Assembly (NCBI RefSeq): GCF_035594765.1
Contig: NC_085846.1
Location: forward strand, 20,075,190 to 20,139,189
From: Anolis carolinensis
Lineage: Eukaryota
Length of the DNA: 64,000 nucleotides
Direction of reading: 5' to 3'
The notes under the pieces were generated by a model. The model did no database searches and was not told the origin of the DNA. It was given only the letters and a program-made list of their open reading frames with translations. The translations under genes were made by a program, and so were the position numbers. The first letter of the stretch is position 1. The number at the start of each line of letters is the position of its first letter. This document shows positions 61,297-64,000 of the stretch, piece after piece.

Positions 61297-62019
61297 CTTC
61301 CTTAGGCGATCCCTCATCCAAGTATGATGGTCTTCCAAGTGTAGTGTCTTGACGGTGGACATGTTGGTGACTGTAGTGCCCTATTCTTGACCCGCATGTT
61401 CTTCCCCAGTGAGGACATCTGTTTCCAGGTGGATGGCGGTCCTGGTCAGGGTTGGCTTGATGTGCCGCCTTCTTGGCACGTTTCTCCCTTTCGCCTTCCA
61501 TTCAAACCGCTTCAATTTCTACAGCACTGCTGGTCACAGCTGACCTCCAGCTAGAGCACTCAAGGGCCAGGGCTTCTCAGTTCTCAGTGTCTTTGCCACA
61601 GTTTTTAAGGTTAGCTTTAAGCCCATCTTTAAATCTCTTTTCCTGTCCACCAACATCCCATTTGGGGGGGGGGGGGGTTGGGAGACCCCTGTGTATGAGT
61701 TTATTTAATGTGTGGAGGTCAGGGCACAACCTCTCAACATACAGTCTTCACAGAGTGAGGGTCCCAACCAGTGGCATAATGATGGTGGTTTCTCAATCTA
61801 TTGCAGCCTTCTTCCGCCTTCACAGCCATTGTAACATGCACCATGTTATCTTCCGCCTGCCCCGCCGTTGAGGTCTTTCGGTCTTCGGGTTGTTCTTGGT
61901 GGTCTGGATCCTCCCTTGCAGCCCCTCCTGGGAGTACACGACTCCGGTGGTTACGCCCGCAGGTTCATTGGAACACACAAGCCCCTTCATCACGATAAGG
62001 TGACAATCCATCAAGGGGG
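61297..62019 (-). mobile_element. Internally deleted non-autonomous RTE-clade retroelement
   Basis: RTE C-terminal finger CPH(W)GRTCGSRIGHYSH and RFKDGLKANLK; RTE-like 5' UTR at 61860-62015; 13-bp TSD tgttaacagagta (61284-96 / 62020-32). Confidence 0.85.
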
Positions 62020-62938
62020 TGTTAACAGAGTAGAATGGCTTGATCCTATACTAAGCTCAAAATCCAGCTTTAACTAGGTTGAACTCAGTAAAACTCAGGG
62101 AAAGGCAGTAGTTGAATTTAATTCATGAGAGAGAGCAGAAAATGTGTGGAAAATGCAAGTGTGGAAGGGGAAAGGAGAAACTTCAAATGAAACAGGATCT
62201 TGAAGAAGAGGTGGGAGCACAAAACCAAGATAAAAAGGAACAATCAGATGGGCTTTCATGTAACATAGCGTTTGCCTTTTACAGGTACAGTATGTGGCAT
62301 ACACAATTTCAGCAGCAGATGTTCAGACTGAGGATACATAGGGAAAGTTCAATTAGCAGATGTTAAAAGAGCAGGCACCCACATCTTTTATAAAAGTGAT
62401 GGGGGCATAGATGAAAGAACACAGAAAGACAAGGGGGTGAGACATACTCCTGGAAAGATCTTGACTTTTTTCCTCTTGATCACACAAATATACGGCTAGA
62501 CTCATAGGGTATGTTAAAAATTGCATGCATGATTACACTGACTTATGGGTCTTAAAGGATTCCTTTCAGACAGTTGGAAATCCAACACGTACCACCTCCA
62601 TCTAAATACATCACATTCTCCAGTGGGACTTCTACTATCTCTGGGATTCTCTTGCAAACCTTCATAGAAATGTCCTGAATTTGGTTCTTCTAGGCTGGGC
62701 CTGCTGGGAACTCCTCCTATCATTCTCCCTTCTCTTTTCTTTCTCTCACTTTTCTCCCTCTCCCTCCTTCCCAGACTGTAGATTGGAGGCAGACAATCCA
62801 GAGCAAGCAGGGGTGTTTCCCACTTTCTTTTCTGCTGATCTGACTCACTGCCTGGGTCCTCAGCCTTCAATAAAAGTGCTTCTGCCTTGCAAAATTGCTT
62901 CCTTGGCCAACCAGGACGCCAACGCTGCCATTAACACC

Positions 62939-62963
62939 ATGCAACGGTGCTTCTTCTTACTGG
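62939..62963 (+). CDS. SSC5D: Probable first coding micro-exon (signal-peptide start) of SSC5D; rest of gene outside the window
   Basis: Kozak cACCATG; MQRCFFLL+G (25 nt, phase 1) followed by donor gtgagt. Upstream AATAAAAG (~62869) and TGACTCA (62841). SSC5D (MRVLACLL...) follows NAT14 on the same strand in human, so the identity is inferred from synteny. Confidence 0.5.
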
Positions 62964-64000
62964 GTGAGTGATGCCCTCCACATGGCCAGGATGCAGGCAC
63001 GATTTTCCTTCTGGCCAGCTGACCCTGCCATAGGAAAAGTAAAAGCTTCACTAGCATGGCTGGATTCCCCCTCTGGGATCTGTGTGTTTGTAGTGGAGGT
63101 GGGCAGGATGCTTAGGTTTGACTCATAAGTTTGGAGAGGGAAGGGGCTTTCTTTTGCAACTTCTAAAAGGCAATCTTTTCATGCTTCTGTGCCATAAAAC
63201 TTTTAACATTTTACAATGAAAACTAGGGACCCTCCAGAGTGTTTGAATGCCTCATGTTTCCATGTCATTGAATGTATGTCTCAACTTCTTTGCCCATTAT
63301 CTACTCTGGAATTTTTTCTCCATCTGCTACATCTTGCATTCATTTATTCTGCAACAATCTGTCCAGCATCGGCTTGTCAAGCAAGGAAATGTTAGTAAAC
63401 CGACTGTGATAGTTTATTTTTTTTAAAAAAACCCAACCCTGAAATATGTCAACTCCCATTACAGATCCGCTTGCAATATTTATAGAAAAACTGCAGATGA
63501 ACTCATTCTGCAATATTTAGTGCTTGGATCAGAAGGGTAGAGAGATATAAGAAGAGCCTGCACTGGATTTAATGTCCATCCATGTGCACGCACAGAGCTG
63601 CAGAGTTACTTTTGGGGAATTTTAGAAGTTGTAACCCAAAAAAGGAATTTTGCCAAGTAACGTAGAAGCACGTTATCCACTGGAATCAAAATATTGTCCC
63701 AGTTCCACCAAAATGGGATGTCTAAACTGGGGGAAAATCTGAAGCATGATTGCATGCCAGAACTTTTTAACAAAAGGCTTTTTCAGACTTCTTCTCCAAA
63801 GGCATAAAACAGATAGTATTCTTGCCAGGGATCTAGTAAGGGTCCACATGTTTCTAACAAAGACGAATAATTGGAGTGTATGGGTATGTAGATATAAGTA
63901 TTAATTCATCTGGCATAATTTTAAGAACAAGGGAGGAATCTTTGAGGCATTGGTTTTCACAAACTGCAGTCCACTACATCAAATCAAAGTTTGTGCCAAA

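Overview
Vertebrate genomic DNA, almost certainly from a squamate reptile (Anolis-like, judged from Sauria SINEs and the repeat landscape). There is no prokaryotic content. Four complete plus-strand genes can be assembled from splice signals and protein motifs: (1) a 3-coding-exon SCAN + 12 C2H2 zinc-finger gene whose SCAN domain keeps an extended Gypsy/Gmr1 gag-like N-terminal region (join 4509-5222, 7523-7649, 8863-9905); (2) an SBK-family Ser/Thr kinase (join 21382-21544, 22542-22744, 23763-24356, 319 aa); (3) ZNF628 (42077-45712, 18 fingers); (4) NAT14 (join 54832-54912, 56050-56592, 207 aa). A probable first coding micro-exon of SSC5D lies at 62939-62963. The ZNF628-NAT14-SSC5D order matches human 19q13.42, but the SBK kinase sits on the opposite side from human SBK2/SBK3 and may be an extra paralog. 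Intergenic and intronic DNA is dense with nested SINEs, CR1/L2/RTE/Vingi/Penelope fragments and hAT, Tc1-mariner and palindromic MITEs. The most unusual items are a 28x21-bp minisatellite with ATG-initiated ORFs on both strands, a ~590-bp interstitial telomeric tract joining two broken transposons, a palindromic repeat-spacer array in the SCAN-ZNF intron, two Penelope-type hammerhead ribozyme relics, a TSD-flanked internally deleted RTE, and a 14-aa hydrophobic-Q-hydrophobic-Q repeat domain in ZNF628. I found no clearly new multi-gene system. TE family names and homolog comparisons are from recall, not from database searches.
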